NCBI GenBank assembly: GCA_964625085.1
Contig: CAZVAJ010000001.1
Coordinates: forward strand, 37,708-101,707
Reading direction: 5' to 3'
DNA length: 64,000 bases
Source: Candidatus Micrarchaeota archaeon
GTDB lineage: Archaea; B1Sed10-29; JAJSAI01
In this document: positions 19,222 through 28,836 of the stretch, one piece after another
Layout: each line of letters opens with the position of its first letter
Numbering within the stretch: position 1 is the stretch's first letter
The notes under the pieces: model-generated
Databases searched by the model: none
Told to the model about the DNA's origin: nothing
The model's input: only the letters and a program-made list of their open reading frames with translations
Made by a program: the position numbers and the translations under genes

Positions 19222-19618
19222 GCACGTTCACCGCAACGTTATACAACACATTCTTTCCAGGTTCTGGGCATATCCCTGTAATGTTTGTGAGTCTGCTGTT
19301 CTGCTGGCCTTTTTCGATCGTCCCAATAACCTCTGTCTTTTTGTTGATAACCTGGCCAGTCGCAGAATCTGCCACAATGAGGGCAACATAGACATCATGA
19401 GCTGTGTCGCCATCATTTGCAATTGTCCACTGGACTCTTAAAGTGCATGCGTCAGGATCATACGCAGGAGGAGGGTTCTGGTCAACCCACGCAGTAATTT
19501 TAGGAGAGGGTTTTGGAGTGATAGATTCCATGATCTGCCCACTGTAGGGGATAATAAGAAAAGCTGCCACGAACAGTACAACAATCAAAGAGATGATGAC
19601 CACAAACCGCATAAGCAT
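19205..19618 (-). CDS. hypothetical secreted or membrane-anchored protein (N-terminal TM/signal anchor)
   Basis: 137 aa with an N-terminal hydrophobic helix followed by a Pro/Asp-rich domain. Lies directly downstream of the KaiC-like ATPase on the same strand. Confidence 0.4.
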   Translation of the reverse strand: MLMRFVVIISLIVVLFVAAFLIIPYSGQIMESITPKPSPKITAWVDQNPPPAYDPDACTLRVQWTIANDGDTAHDVYVALIVADSATGQVINKKTEVIGTIEKGQQNSRLTNITGICPEPGKNVLYNVAVNVLNYSV

Positions 19619-19646
19619 ACTAACTGATTGGGGGTATAAAAATATT

Positions 19647-20360
19647 TCAGAAAGGAGGAATGACCATCATACCATTGCCTGTGATATCAACAGGGAAAGG
19701 TTGCTTGGGAACGTCTGTTGCCACCATCTTTTCAAAATACAGCTGAGTTATCCTTTGTCCTTTTTCTTCTGCTCTTGATAATCTAAGCACTCCGTCAAAT
19801 ACAAAGTCTTCTTCTTCAAAAAAGGAAATCCCATCAGGCCTTGTTTCTGAAATAAAGAGGGTAGTGCAGCCTTTTTCTTTAAGTGATTTTGATAAGGAGT
19901 GTAGCATGTTTCGATACTCTCCTTTTTCGTTGAAGTAGAATCCCAAAGGGGTCACTGAATCAAACGCGATCCTCTTCACGTTCATCTCGTCTATTATCTT
20001 GTACAACTGGAGCACCACTTCTGAATGAAGGTTACGGGCCTCAAACTTGGAAAAGTCCTGAGAAGAGAAAACAGTGAAAATAAGCCTGTTCTGTGCAGAT
20101 ATTGTTGAAAAATCCCAGTTGAATGCCGCTTGGTACCATTCTATGTCACTTGGGTAACCGTGAACCTGCACAAGAAGACCGTTTTCATCATATTCTTCAA
20201 CACCCTTGTACAAATACTGTAGTGCAGCGATCGTTTTCCCAGTACCGCTAGGGCCTTTTAGGAGGATTGAACTGCCTTTTATTATTCCTCCTTCAGTTAT
20301 CTCATCAAACCCAGGTATCCCACTCTTGATCCGATCCAATTTACACAAGCCTCCTGACAA
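19647..20360 (-). CDS. KaiC/RecA-superfamily ATPase (single-domain; RadB/FlaH-like)
   Basis: Walker A GPSGTGKT in a KaiC-like context (GIPGFDEI...GG). 237 aa. Confidence 0.7.
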   Translation of the reverse strand: MSGGLCKLDRIKSGIPGFDEITEGGIIKGSSILLKGPSGTGKTIAALQYLYKGVEEYDENGLLVQVHGYPSDIEWYQAAFNWDFSTISAQNRLIFTVFSSQDFSKFEARNLHSEVVLQLYKIIDEMNVKRIAFDSVTPLGFYFNEKGEYRNMLHSLSKSLKEKGCTTLFISETRPDGISFFEEEDFVFDGVLRLSRAEEKGQRITQLYFEKMVATDVPKQPFPVDITGNGMMVIPPF

Positions 20361-21879
20361 ACTCCGCGTATGCAGGTCTTGCTATGAACACTCCAATAAG
20401 TGACCCGAGTATGGTGGTTAGTGCAAAACCTTTTAACACGCCAAGACCAAGCGTGAACAGCGGGAACATTGCGATTATCGTGGTGAAAGCAGCCATCATT
20501 ATGATGTTCACCGCTTTCTTTATCCTAGAAGCGATTCCTGCTCTCTTTTCTTTTGACGCACCTTTGACTGCTTCGTCTGTTATGATTATCAGGTGGTCCA
20601 CTCCTGTTCCTACTGCTGCTATAATACCGGCCACTGCTGGAAGGTCAAGCTGCCAGCCTATCCAAGCAGCCATTCCAAGAATCATCACAGCCTCTGAAAC
20701 GCTTATCATGAGCATTGGCCCCACTATTTTTGGTTTCTTGTACCTGAAGAATATCACCATGCCCACGGCAAGTATTGCAGCCAGTCCTGCAACTCCTGAG
20801 TAGTACAGGAATTCCTTGCCAAGAGATGCTGAAACTGAGGAAACACCTGAAACCTGCACTGACACAGGAAGCTTTCCTGAATCAAGGATTATTCTCGTCC
20901 GGTCTCTTTCTGCAATTGCCTCCTCTTCATTTGAGGCCCCACCGGTTATCCTGAGATCGTACTGAACTTCTCCTGAGGTTACTGCACTTGTTAGGCGCAC
21001 AATACTCTGCAGGTTTATAGCCCCCGGAATAAAGTAGTTACCTGTTTGCGGTTTTACCTGCACTTCAGATGCGCTTGAGTTGAGAAGTGAGATGTATTCT
21101 TCTAGAGGACTTCCTTCTTTGAGGATGACCGTCTTGTTCTTAACCTGATCTAAGACCTGCTGGTCCACCGTGCCAGTGACTATAAGACCAATATCAGAAT
21201 CCTGCAAGAGCTCTTCAAGAGGAATCTTGCTGTTTGAAGGCGATTCCTGATTAAATTGTTCAGGGATCTCTTTTTCAGCTTCATACTCTGTGGGGGTTAG
21301 TAGGATTACCGCGTTCTGCGGTCTGTCAATGAACATGTATGTTCTTTCCATGCACTGGGAACCGCTAGGATCGGAGGGGTCTAAGGTGCACTTGCCTGCA
21401 ACCATGTTCGCGAACTGTTTGGCTGCTGAAGTGCTCATGGTGAACGGAACGCTCCACATATATCCTGTGCCTGCTCTGCTGACTGTGTATCCCCTAGTAG
21501 GATCAGACACGACACCAATAATTCCATCAGAACCTAGCAGGACCTTGCCCTCAAACATTGCCTCGAACCTGCCCTGTTCCCCGATTATTTTTTGTATAGC
21601 TGCCACTACTTTCGGGTCTGTTTCAGCCACCTCAACCATGATAAAGTCCGGGCCTCCTGGCCGTACTTTCATGTCCTTTAGCCCGAAACTGTTAAGCCTG
21701 TCCTGTAGAACTCTTACAAGAACCTCTTTTTCAGGACCCTCGACTGGTTCGGAGAGTTGTATGTTTATTATTGTTCCACCTGTAAAGTCCATTCCAAACT
21801 GAAGGGGCTTTATCGCGAATGGCAGAAGCCCTATGACTATAAAAGATATCACGTACAACTTTGTTCTGATGTTTTTCAC
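20341..21879 (-). CDS. secD: protein-export membrane protein SecD
   Basis: 512 aa with an N-terminal TM, a large periplasmic-type domain and six C-terminal TM helices. Follows secF as in archaeal secFD operons. Confidence 0.8.
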   Translation of the reverse strand: MKNIRTKLYVISFIVIGLLPFAIKPLQFGMDFTGGTIINIQLSEPVEGPEKEVLVRVLQDRLNSFGLKDMKVRPGGPDFIMVEVAETDPKVVAAIQKIIGEQGRFEAMFEGKVLLGSDGIIGVVSDPTRGYTVSRAGTGYMWSVPFTMSTSAAKQFANMVAGKCTLDPSDPSGSQCMERTYMFIDRPQNAVILLTPTEYEAEKEIPEQFNQESPSNSKIPLEELLQDSDIGLIVTGTVDQQVLDQVKNKTVILKEGSPLEEYISLLNSSASEVQVKPQTGNYFIPGAINLQSIVRLTSAVTSGEVQYDLRITGGASNEEEAIAERDRTRIILDSGKLPVSVQVSGVSSVSASLGKEFLYYSGVAGLAAILAVGMVIFFRYKKPKIVGPMLMISVSEAVMILGMAAWIGWQLDLPAVAGIIAAVGTGVDHLIIITDEAVKGASKEKRAGIASRIKKAVNIIMMAAFTTIIAMFPLFTLGLGVLKGFALTTILGSLIGVFIARPAYAEFVRRLV

Positions 21880-22892
21880 TTCTTACGCCTCCTTGATATC
21901 CAAAGTAGTATTGATGCATTAGTGCACCAGGTTGAAACAAGATCTCCTAGAAGTCCGACGAACAGGATCATTGCAATCATTGCAAGAGTTTCAACACCCC
22001 CAAAAGACGCGGCAGCATAAAGGGCCACCAAAGCAGCGAGTGTTGTTCCAGTCATCGTGAACCCGGTTCTCATCGCAGACTTTATTCTGTTTTCAGGAGA
22101 ACCTTCTTTTCTTGAAAGCACGCGCTCACTCAACATGATGTCCGTGTCAACAGAGTACCCTATAAGCATTAACAAGGGCGCAACAGCAGCCAGACTGAGT
22201 GGTATTTTCATCATGCCGATAAAGCCCAGGCCAACGATCACGTCAAAAACTGCTGCCTGGATAACCGCAAATGACACCAACACTTTCCTGAAAAACACGA
22301 ACACTAAAATGCTCATGAGGATGAACGAGAATATTAGGGCGTTCTGCATCTGAGACAGAAAAACAGCCCCCAAAGACGGTCCAACTTCACGAGAGGAAAT
22401 GTCCTTTGAAGAAACATGATACGTTTCGGTGATGAAAGAAGAAAGCGAGGACTTGAACTCAGTTTTTTTCTCGTTATATACCTTAAACGCAAGTTCTGAT
22501 AGGTTGCCTTCTGCAGGAACAGGCTCGCCCAGCGTGGAAAAAACTGCCTGATAGTCTCCTGACTTATACGCTTCTTCTGCGGCCACAAGGGTTCTCTCGC
22601 CCTTAAATTCTATTATGATTCCTGAAATAGCTCCTGAAGAAGACCTGGCTTTCAGCTCTTCAAGATCAAACCTACTGGAGAGGTCTTCTTTTACCTGCAC
22701 AGGACTAACGTTGGTGGGAAAAGAAATTACAGTTCCTCCTGTAAATTCTATTCCTGGCTCTATCTGGGTAGCAAAAAACAGGAAAATGACAGCAATAATC
22801 ACCGGAGGTATAAACAACATTTTGTAATTCTTCTCAGAGTACATGCTCAAGAACAATCCCCTCTTTTTCCAGCATAGTGTATAAAACAACAC
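21876..22892 (-). CDS. secF: protein-export membrane protein SecF
   Basis: 338 aa with SecDF-type TM topology. ATGA overlap with secD. Confidence 0.8.
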   Translation of the reverse strand: MLFYTLCWKKRGLFLSMYSEKNYKMLFIPPVIIAVIFLFFATQIEPGIEFTGGTVISFPTNVSPVQVKEDLSSRFDLEELKARSSSGAISGIIIEFKGERTLVAAEEAYKSGDYQAVFSTLGEPVPAEGNLSELAFKVYNEKKTEFKSSLSSFITETYHVSSKDISSREVGPSLGAVFLSQMQNALIFSFILMSILVFVFFRKVLVSFAVIQAAVFDVIVGLGFIGMMKIPLSLAAVAPLLMLIGYSVDTDIMLSERVLSRKEGSPENRIKSAMRTGFTMTGTTLAALVALYAAASFGGVETLAMIAMILFVGLLGDLVSTWCTNASILLWISRRRKK

Positions 22893-22923
22893 GGTTAATA
22901 AAGCTTGTGTAGAAAAAAGGGTT

Positions 22924-23649
22924 ATGAGATTCGTGTTGTACGATCAAACAGGACGCAAATACCCTGTCAAAAAAGACGCTGTGAGAACCAAGTTCGGGAA
23001 TGTGAAAGTTGACAAAGAGGGAGTAATAGAACAGGATGGCAAGGTGTTCTTTGCAGCAAGAGCAAACCTGCTGGAAGAAGTTGAAGGGTTCAAGATGGGT
23101 GGAAGGCCCATATACCCCTATGATTCTGGGGTGATACTCGCCCTGCTGGGCGTGAGAAAAGGGACAAAGCTTCTTGAAGCAGGAACCGGGTCAGGTGGCC
23201 TGGCTTACACCGCATGGTGCTGGGGCGCCAATGTTATCTCTTACGAGCGTGAAGAAACTTTTTACCAAAAAGCAAAAGAGAACCTCAGTAACACGGACGT
23301 TGAAATTATCTTAGGGGACGTTAAAGACTGCGTAAAAAAAGGGTACTTTGACGTGGTAATGCTAGACTTATCAGACCCTGAGGAGGTAATTCCAAAGGTT
23401 TCAGAATGTCTTAAGAACGGAGGAATGCTGGGTTATTTTTCTCCGGTGATAACAGAAAACGTGAAAAATGTGATGGAAGATTCTGGTTTTATTGACATCA
23501 GGGGAATAGTGTTAGACCACCGGGTCCTCCGGTTGAAGAAGCACATTGGAATAGAAAAAGAGAGCTTGGGTTATCCTGGCTTCTTCGTGTTCGGGAGAAA
23601 GGCAGAATGCTTCAAGGTCCTAAGAAAACATAAAAAGTTGTTTAGCTAA
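22924..23649 (+). CDS. trmI: tRNA (adenine57/58-N1)-methyltransferase TrmI
   Basis: SAM-binding LEAGTGSGGL and a Gcd14/TrmI-like N-terminal domain. Confidence 0.75.
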   Translation: MRFVLYDQTGRKYPVKKDAVRTKFGNVKVDKEGVIEQDGKVFFAARANLLEEVEGFKMGGRPIYPYDSGVILALLGVRKGTKLLEAGTGSGGLAYTAWCWGANVISYEREETFYQKAKENLSNTDVEIILGDVKDCVKKGYFDVVMLDLSDPEEVIPKVSECLKNGGMLGYFSPVITENVKNVMEDSGFIDIRGIVLDHRVLRLKKHIGIEKESLGYPGFFVFGRKAECFKVLRKHKKLFS

Positions 23650-25342
23650 TATGCCATTTTAGGTCTACAGCAGGCCCCCTACTAAACGAAAGCATTTCTT
23701 TGGCATTCAACAGCGCGGTTCCAGATGCAAGCAGAGCATTTTCAGGGTCCGTGACCAAAACCTGTTGACCAGGCAGGATATTCTTGTCAGCAGAAGAAAC
23801 AAACTTTGCAAAAACAGTACCCCCTTCTCTTGCTGCTTCAATTGCGTTAGGGTCTGCCAGTACAACCCTGTTTTCAGGGGGATTGGTAATTTTGTGAAGC
23901 GCACGCGCCCCTTCATGTAGTATAATGTAAAAGTCACTTGCCCTGAAAGTGGCCAAAAGCCTGCCAGGCTTTGAATACACTGCTCTGATTCGGTTTGTCT
24001 TACGAGAAACATCTACTCGTATCTTGTCAGGAAATATGTCTACCCCCAGCCAGTAAACGCTTGCAGCCCTCACCTTATTCTCCTTCTTAACCTTTTCAGG
24101 ACAGGAAACCTCAAAATCCTTTTGGAACACTGTCTGAGAAAAAGGATAGCAGTCAAGCACTTCAAACGGAACTTTGCCGTACAAGGGGATGTCCATAGTG
24201 CGAGAAGCAAGTTCTTTTTGCACTACCCTGGCGTGTTTTCTCGCCCGCCGGATGTCAGGTCTGAGCTTGGTGAACTCGCTGAGCTCAAGGACTCTTCTTT
24301 TCGGGAACCAGTCAACAGAATCAAGATACTTCTTTTCCTTAAGCAGTTCGGAAAATGCAGGAACCAGCTTTGGGTGCGCCCGAACCCTCTCTTCTATGAG
24401 CTCGAACAATGAGTTGTCCCTTATCGCCTGCCGGACTGTTCTTATTTCCTTGAAGGTAGCGTGCAGGTTGTGTCTTGCAAGCAGCCCTTTGTCTTCTGAA
24501 AGGTCTTTGGGTGCAGAAGCAGAACAAACTGGACAAGAGCACGGAAGTTCAGTTAGCTTGCTCACTTCAAAAGTACCGTGTTCTGTAAGGTACCTTCCGT
24601 CCCTCGCGTACAAGGCATATGCTGCAGAATCAAACAGATCAGCCCCTGCAGCAGCAAGCAGTGCAAAGAACATCGGATGACCTGCGCCAAAAGCATGGAT
24701 CAGGCGGTCAGGCGGCGTGTTTTTCCTAACATTGACAACAGATTGAACAACGGTCCTGAAATCATACTCTATCATTCTCGGGACAATAGACCCAACAGGA
24801 TGTACTGCAAAGTTATACCCTGCCATTGCTTTAGCGCATTTTTTCTGCAGTTCAGGGAAACCCGTACCTTGAACAGGGCCCGCCCACAACACGCCTTCTG
24901 GCAGTACAGCTTCTTCAGCAGCTTGTATTGTTTCAGCAACAGCTGTTTTGACATCCTCCAAGTCCCTGCTGGCAGTGGGATGATCTAGTATAACTCCTAT
25001 GTCAACGCCTATATCGTGCTGGAAATCTATTATGTCCTGGTTGGATACTGATATGTTCCCGTACTCCATGAACTGGTAAGCGCCAGAATCAGTCATTATA
25101 GGACCATGAAAGTCTAGCAGGTTATGAACCCCTTTGGACACAGCCTCCTCAGGAAAGCTCTTCCATATTATGTACGAGTTTGTTATAATCGCCTGCCCGC
25201 CCATACCCTTTATCTCTTCAATTGGAACAGTTACCTTGTTAGGGTTTATCACTGGAAGAACAGCAGGAGTAGTGATAGTGCCATGTTTTGTGCTAAACTT
25301 TCCGACCCTCGCTAGGAGATCCCTTGCTTTTATCTCAAACAT
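23642..25342 (-). CDS. tgtA: archaeosine tRNA-guanine transglycosylase (TgtA) with C-terminal PUA domain
   Basis: 566 aa. N-terminal TGT TIM-barrel (TPAVLPV, zinc-site Cys cluster CSCPVC) plus C-terminal extensions typical of archaeal TgtA. Confidence 0.85.
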   Translation of the reverse strand: MFEIKARDLLARVGKFSTKHGTITTPAVLPVINPNKVTVPIEEIKGMGGQAIITNSYIIWKSFPEEAVSKGVHNLLDFHGPIMTDSGAYQFMEYGNISVSNQDIIDFQHDIGVDIGVILDHPTASRDLEDVKTAVAETIQAAEEAVLPEGVLWAGPVQGTGFPELQKKCAKAMAGYNFAVHPVGSIVPRMIEYDFRTVVQSVVNVRKNTPPDRLIHAFGAGHPMFFALLAAAGADLFDSAAYALYARDGRYLTEHGTFEVSKLTELPCSCPVCSASAPKDLSEDKGLLARHNLHATFKEIRTVRQAIRDNSLFELIEERVRAHPKLVPAFSELLKEKKYLDSVDWFPKRRVLELSEFTKLRPDIRRARKHARVVQKELASRTMDIPLYGKVPFEVLDCYPFSQTVFQKDFEVSCPEKVKKENKVRAASVYWLGVDIFPDKIRVDVSRKTNRIRAVYSKPGRLLATFRASDFYIILHEGARALHKITNPPENRVVLADPNAIEAAREGGTVFAKFVSSADKNILPGQQVLVTDPENALLASGTALLNAKEMLSFSRGPAVDLKWHIS

Positions 25343-25375
25343 GAATTAGAATAAGCTCAAGTCCTAATAAAGGAT

Positions 25376-26113
25376 TCACTTTGAAGCAGCATACTTCTTC
25401 CGCAATTTCTCTTTTGCCCTTTCTTTAGCAGTCTTAGCAGGTTTCTTTTCCTTAACCTTCTTAACCGGCTCTTGAACTTTAGGTTTGCTGACAACAGGAT
25501 GCTTGACTTTAACTGTCTCAGGAGGCGTTCTAGGCATTCTCTTGAACGCAAGAAGCAAGAATAACGCAATAATGGAAATGCTTGCAGCCCCAACAAAGTA
25601 ATATGAAAGATCCGTGTTTTCTGCTTCAGGGCGCACGATATCCTCCCCGCTTAGTTCTTGCTGGGGTGAATTGCCCAAGTTTAGAATAAGCTGTTTTACC
25701 CTGTCAGCATTAGAGTACTCTTTAGCCTGCATGTATTCTATGATAGACAGGTTATAGTATTCCCTGGCAGCCTCAATATTCCCCTGCCCAAGGTACACCT
25801 CTGCTATCTTTTCGTATGCCCTTGCCTTTGTAGGATAATCTCCTTTTTCAGAAAGTTTTGGGAGAGAATTCTTAAAATAGTATAACGCCTTTTCATAGTA
25901 CTGGGAAGGGTCAGCATCGCTTGCCTTAACACAAACTGCAGTAGTAAGATAACTTTCCCCAGCTTCAAAACAGTGGTACACGTTGGGCTTGCCAAGGTCC
26001 AGTTGGTTAAAGTCGCAGACTCCTGCTTTCTCTTGTGCTTCAGCGTAGTAATCTGAGCACTGGCTGAATACGGCTGGTGCTAGTACCAGTAGCATTAGCA
26101 GGGCCTTTTTCAT
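25376..26113 (-). CDS. hypothetical secreted TPR-like protein with C-terminal TM anchor and Lys-rich cytoplasmic tail
   Basis: Signal peptide MKKALLMLLVLAPAVFS, TPR-like helical repeats, one TM near residue 180, then a KPKVQEPVKKVKEKKPAK tail. Confidence 0.45.
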   Translation of the reverse strand: MKKALLMLLVLAPAVFSQCSDYYAEAQEKAGVCDFNQLDLGKPNVYHCFEAGESYLTTAVCVKASDADPSQYYEKALYYFKNSLPKLSEKGDYPTKARAYEKIAEVYLGQGNIEAAREYYNLSIIEYMQAKEYSNADRVKQLILNLGNSPQQELSGEDIVRPEAENTDLSYYFVGAASISIIALFLLLAFKRMPRTPPETVKVKHPVVSKPKVQEPVKKVKEKKPAKTAKERAKEKLRKKYAASK

Positions 26114-26172
26114 ACTCTAAGAAAGGAAAAAGGAGTATTTATTACTTGCCTGATGAATAAGTAGGAAGAAAA

Positions 26173-27081
26173 ATGGACCACAAAGAACTGCTTGAAAAAG
26201 CGATGAAAAAGGCAAGGCAAGAAGCGGGAAGAAAGAAAGATAAAAAGGACGCAGACGTGGCTAGGATCGACACGTTTACTGCAGTGGTGCTTAGCAAGCT
26301 GGAGCTCCTGTTGAAAAAAAGCAGGAAACCCCTGAACGCGTTCGAGAAAGAAATCATGTCCACAATGGTTGACCTGCCAAAGCTAAAGCAGGACAGGGCC
26401 AGGACAAAAGAATCAATAAAAATAATTCGAAGACTACACGACGAGTATAAGATGAAAGTAAAGTATTCCAGAAACTTCAGAGAATCAGGAGAATACAGAA
26501 AAGAATACTACGGAAGGATCAAAAGCATTTTGAAAAAAATTGACTTTAACGAAATGGAAAAGTTCAACGCCCTGCTCAAAAAGATACCTCGCGTAAAAGA
26601 CAGGCCCACAATAATAATCTGCGGCCCCCCTAACGTTGGCAAATCAGAATTCTTGAAAAGTCTTTCGGGAAAAGAGGTTGAAGTACAACCATACCCTTTC
26701 ACAACAAAAAACCTGCTAATCGCCAACTATGAAAAAGACCACATAAAGTACCAGTGGATAGATACCCCTGGCCTGCTTGACAGGCCTGCAAAAAAACGTA
26801 ACAAGATAGAAAAAAGAGCAGTTGCCGCGATAGCTCACCTGTCTAAAAAACTATTGTTCTTATTGGATCCAAGCGAATACTGTGGAACCAAGCTCGAAAA
26901 CCAGCTTCAGCTGGCTGAGAGTATAAGGGAAGAACTAAAGCCAGAAAAAATGATCCTGGTTGCCACTCACGCGGACGTGACAAAGAAAAAAGTGAAAGGC
27001 GTGATCGCCCACGTGAACGCAAAAAAACCAGAACAAGTGCGGGAAGTAGCAGACAAGGTAATCAAAGAACTGTTCAAGTAA
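26173..27081 (+). CDS. nog1: Nog1-family GTPase
   Basis: NOG1 N-terminal helical region followed by G-domain motifs GPPNVGKS, DTPG and THAD. Confidence 0.75.
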   Translation: MDHKELLEKAMKKARQEAGRKKDKKDADVARIDTFTAVVLSKLELLLKKSRKPLNAFEKEIMSTMVDLPKLKQDRARTKESIKIIRRLHDEYKMKVKYSRNFRESGEYRKEYYGRIKSILKKIDFNEMEKFNALLKKIPRVKDRPTIIICGPPNVGKSEFLKSLSGKEVEVQPYPFTTKNLLIANYEKDHIKYQWIDTPGLLDRPAKKRNKIEKRAVAAIAHLSKKLLFLLDPSEYCGTKLENQLQLAESIREELKPEKMILVATHADVTKKKVKGVIAHVNAKKPEQVREVADKVIKELFK

Positions 27082-27148
27082 GGCTTTTAAACGTGACCAT
27101 CCTAAGGTAAAAAGCCGGGCAGCTTATTCTTGCCGGAGGTGAAAGACC

Positions 27149-27430
27149 ATGACAGACCTGAAAGAAAAAATAAACCAAATAATCCTCCTGATGGACCCGA
27201 TAATAGAGGATAATGGAGTTCCAAGAAACATCAAAAGAATCATTAGCGAGAGTAAAGAAAACCTGCTGTCAGCATCTGACAAAGGAACCGAAGAGATGGA
27301 AATGAAAATCGCAGGAGCAGTTTACTCCCTTGAAGAAATCTCTAACGACATAAACATGCCATTTCACATAAGAACAGAAATCTGGAACCTGATCTCAGAA
27401 CTTGAAAAACTGAAAGAAGAACTGAAATAA
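27149..27430 (+). CDS. UPF0147-family small archaeal protein (tentative)
   Basis: 93-aa helical protein carrying VPRNIKRII, a motif I associate with the UPF0147 family. Confidence 0.4.
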   Translation: MTDLKEKINQIILLMDPIIEDNGVPRNIKRIISESKENLLSASDKGTEEMEMKIAGAVYSLEEISNDINMPFHIRTEIWNLISELEKLKEELK

Positions 27431-27540
27431 CAACCTTTTTTTACGGGGAAACGTCTAGATTACCTTGGTGTAAAAAAAATGAGTGGGCGCCGTTATATGC
27501 AAACCGGACACGCGCGTAATACTCAGAAACATTTTCGAGC

Positions 27541-28683
27541 GTGATGAAGATGGACACTGAACATAAAATTGAACTGATAACAAGGAACACTGAAGAAGTG
27601 CTCACTGAAAATGACCTGCAATCCTTGATAGAAACTGGAACGCCTCTAAAGCACTACATTGGGTTTGAGATCTCTGGAATGATCCATCTCGGAACAGGGA
27701 TAATGAGCATGAACAAGGTAAGAGACTTTCAAGAAGCAGGGGTAGAATGTTCTGTGTTTCTTGCTGACTGGCATAGTTGGATCAACCATAAACTGGGGGG
27801 AGACCTTGAAGTCATACAAAAAGTTGCAGGAGGATACTTCAAAGAGGGCATGAAAGCATGCCTGAAAGCAGTAGGCGGAGACCCTGACAAGGTGAAATTC
27901 GTACTCGGAAGCGAATTATACCATAACAATGATGACTACTGGAAGACGGTCATAGACGTAAGCAAGAATACTACTCTTGGCAGAATGCAGAGAAGCATAA
28001 CAATCCTCGGAAGAAAAGAAGGAGAAGCCGTTGACTTTGCAAAATTAATCTACCCTGCAATGCAGGTCGCTGACATATTCATACAAGGAATAAACCTGGC
28101 GCATTCAGGGGCCGATCAGCGGAAAGCACACGTAGTAGCAAGAGAAGTTGGACTAAAACTGGAGTTCAACCCCTTGAAGAACGCGAAGGGCGAGAAAATA
28201 AAACCAGTAGCAGTACACCATCCGCTCATACTAGGGCTTGGGAAACCTCCAACATGGCCCGTTAACCCCGAAAACCTGAAAGAGGTATTATCAGCAATGA
28301 AAATGAGCAAAAGCAAGCCCGACACAGCAGTGTTCGTGCATGACACTCCTGAAGACATAAAAAGAAAGATCAACAAGGCGTTCTGTCTTGCAGGAGAGAC
28401 AACATTCAATCCTGTGTTGAACTGGACAGAAAAAATTCTGTTCCAGCAAGAAAACTTCACCCTGGAAGTAGAGCGGCCTGAAAAATTCGGGGGAAACATT
28501 TCATTCAGTTCTTTCCAAGAACTTGAAAACTCGTTTGCAAAGAAAGAACTTCACCCCATGGACCTGAAAAACGCGGTCGCAAGAGAAATAACAAAAATCT
28601 TAGAACCTGTTAGAGAACACTTCGAAAAGCCGGGGCCCAGAAGGATGCTGGAAGAACTTAGAGAAATCAAGACCACAAGATAG
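27541..28683 (+). CDS. tyrS: tyrosyl-tRNA synthetase (archaeal type; variant HIGH motif HLGT)
   Basis: Strong resemblance to Methanocaldococcus-type TyrRS (IGFEISGMIHLG, KMSKS, C-terminal RPEKFGG...ELHPMDLKNAVA). About 70 residues longer than the archaeal minimum. Confidence 0.85.
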   Translation: MMKMDTEHKIELITRNTEEVLTENDLQSLIETGTPLKHYIGFEISGMIHLGTGIMSMNKVRDFQEAGVECSVFLADWHSWINHKLGGDLEVIQKVAGGYFKEGMKACLKAVGGDPDKVKFVLGSELYHNNDDYWKTVIDVSKNTTLGRMQRSITILGRKEGEAVDFAKLIYPAMQVADIFIQGINLAHSGADQRKAHVVAREVGLKLEFNPLKNAKGEKIKPVAVHHPLILGLGKPPTWPVNPENLKEVLSAMKMSKSKPDTAVFVHDTPEDIKRKINKAFCLAGETTFNPVLNWTEKILFQQENFTLEVERPEKFGGNISFSSFQELENSFAKKELHPMDLKNAVAREITKILEPVREHFEKPGPRRMLEELREIKTTR

Positions 28684-28735
28684 ACCTAACGCGACATTTT
28701 TCCAGACACATGGGAAAGGTTTAATAAAGCCTTGG

Positions 28736-28804
28736 GTGTAATCTCTTCTGAGGTTACACTCAGTTCAGCTTCTTTTGGGCTTTGGGGGCTCCTCTCCCCC
28801 CAAA
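28736..28804 (+). terminator. two tandem stable hairpins with a T-tract between tyrS and the PolD operon (putative terminator or attenuator)
   Basis: GTGTAATCTC-ttct-GAGGTTACAC at 28736..28759, and TTTGGGGG-ctcctct-CCCCCAAA at 28781..28804. CTTCTTTT lies between them. Confidence 0.3.
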
Positions 28805-28836
28805 GTCCTGCCAAAAACAGTGGACAGTGTATAGTA

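Noticed and set aside
19145-19441. 98-aa plus-strand ORF overlapping the 137-aa minus-strand gene
   Set aside because: The minus-strand ORF has a convincing N-terminal signal anchor and sits downstream of the ATPase on its strand. The plus ORF overlaps the 3' end of the upstream gene and looks like a shadow frame.
21290-21802. 170-aa plus-strand ORF
   Set aside because: Antisense inside secD.
24174-24680. 168-aa plus-strand ORF
   Set aside because: Antisense inside tgtA. Ser/Leu-rich shadow frame.
28782-28836. TTG-initiated N-terminal extension of DP1
   Set aside because: The start falls inside a stable hairpin. The ATG at 28837 gives a DP1-like N-terminus.
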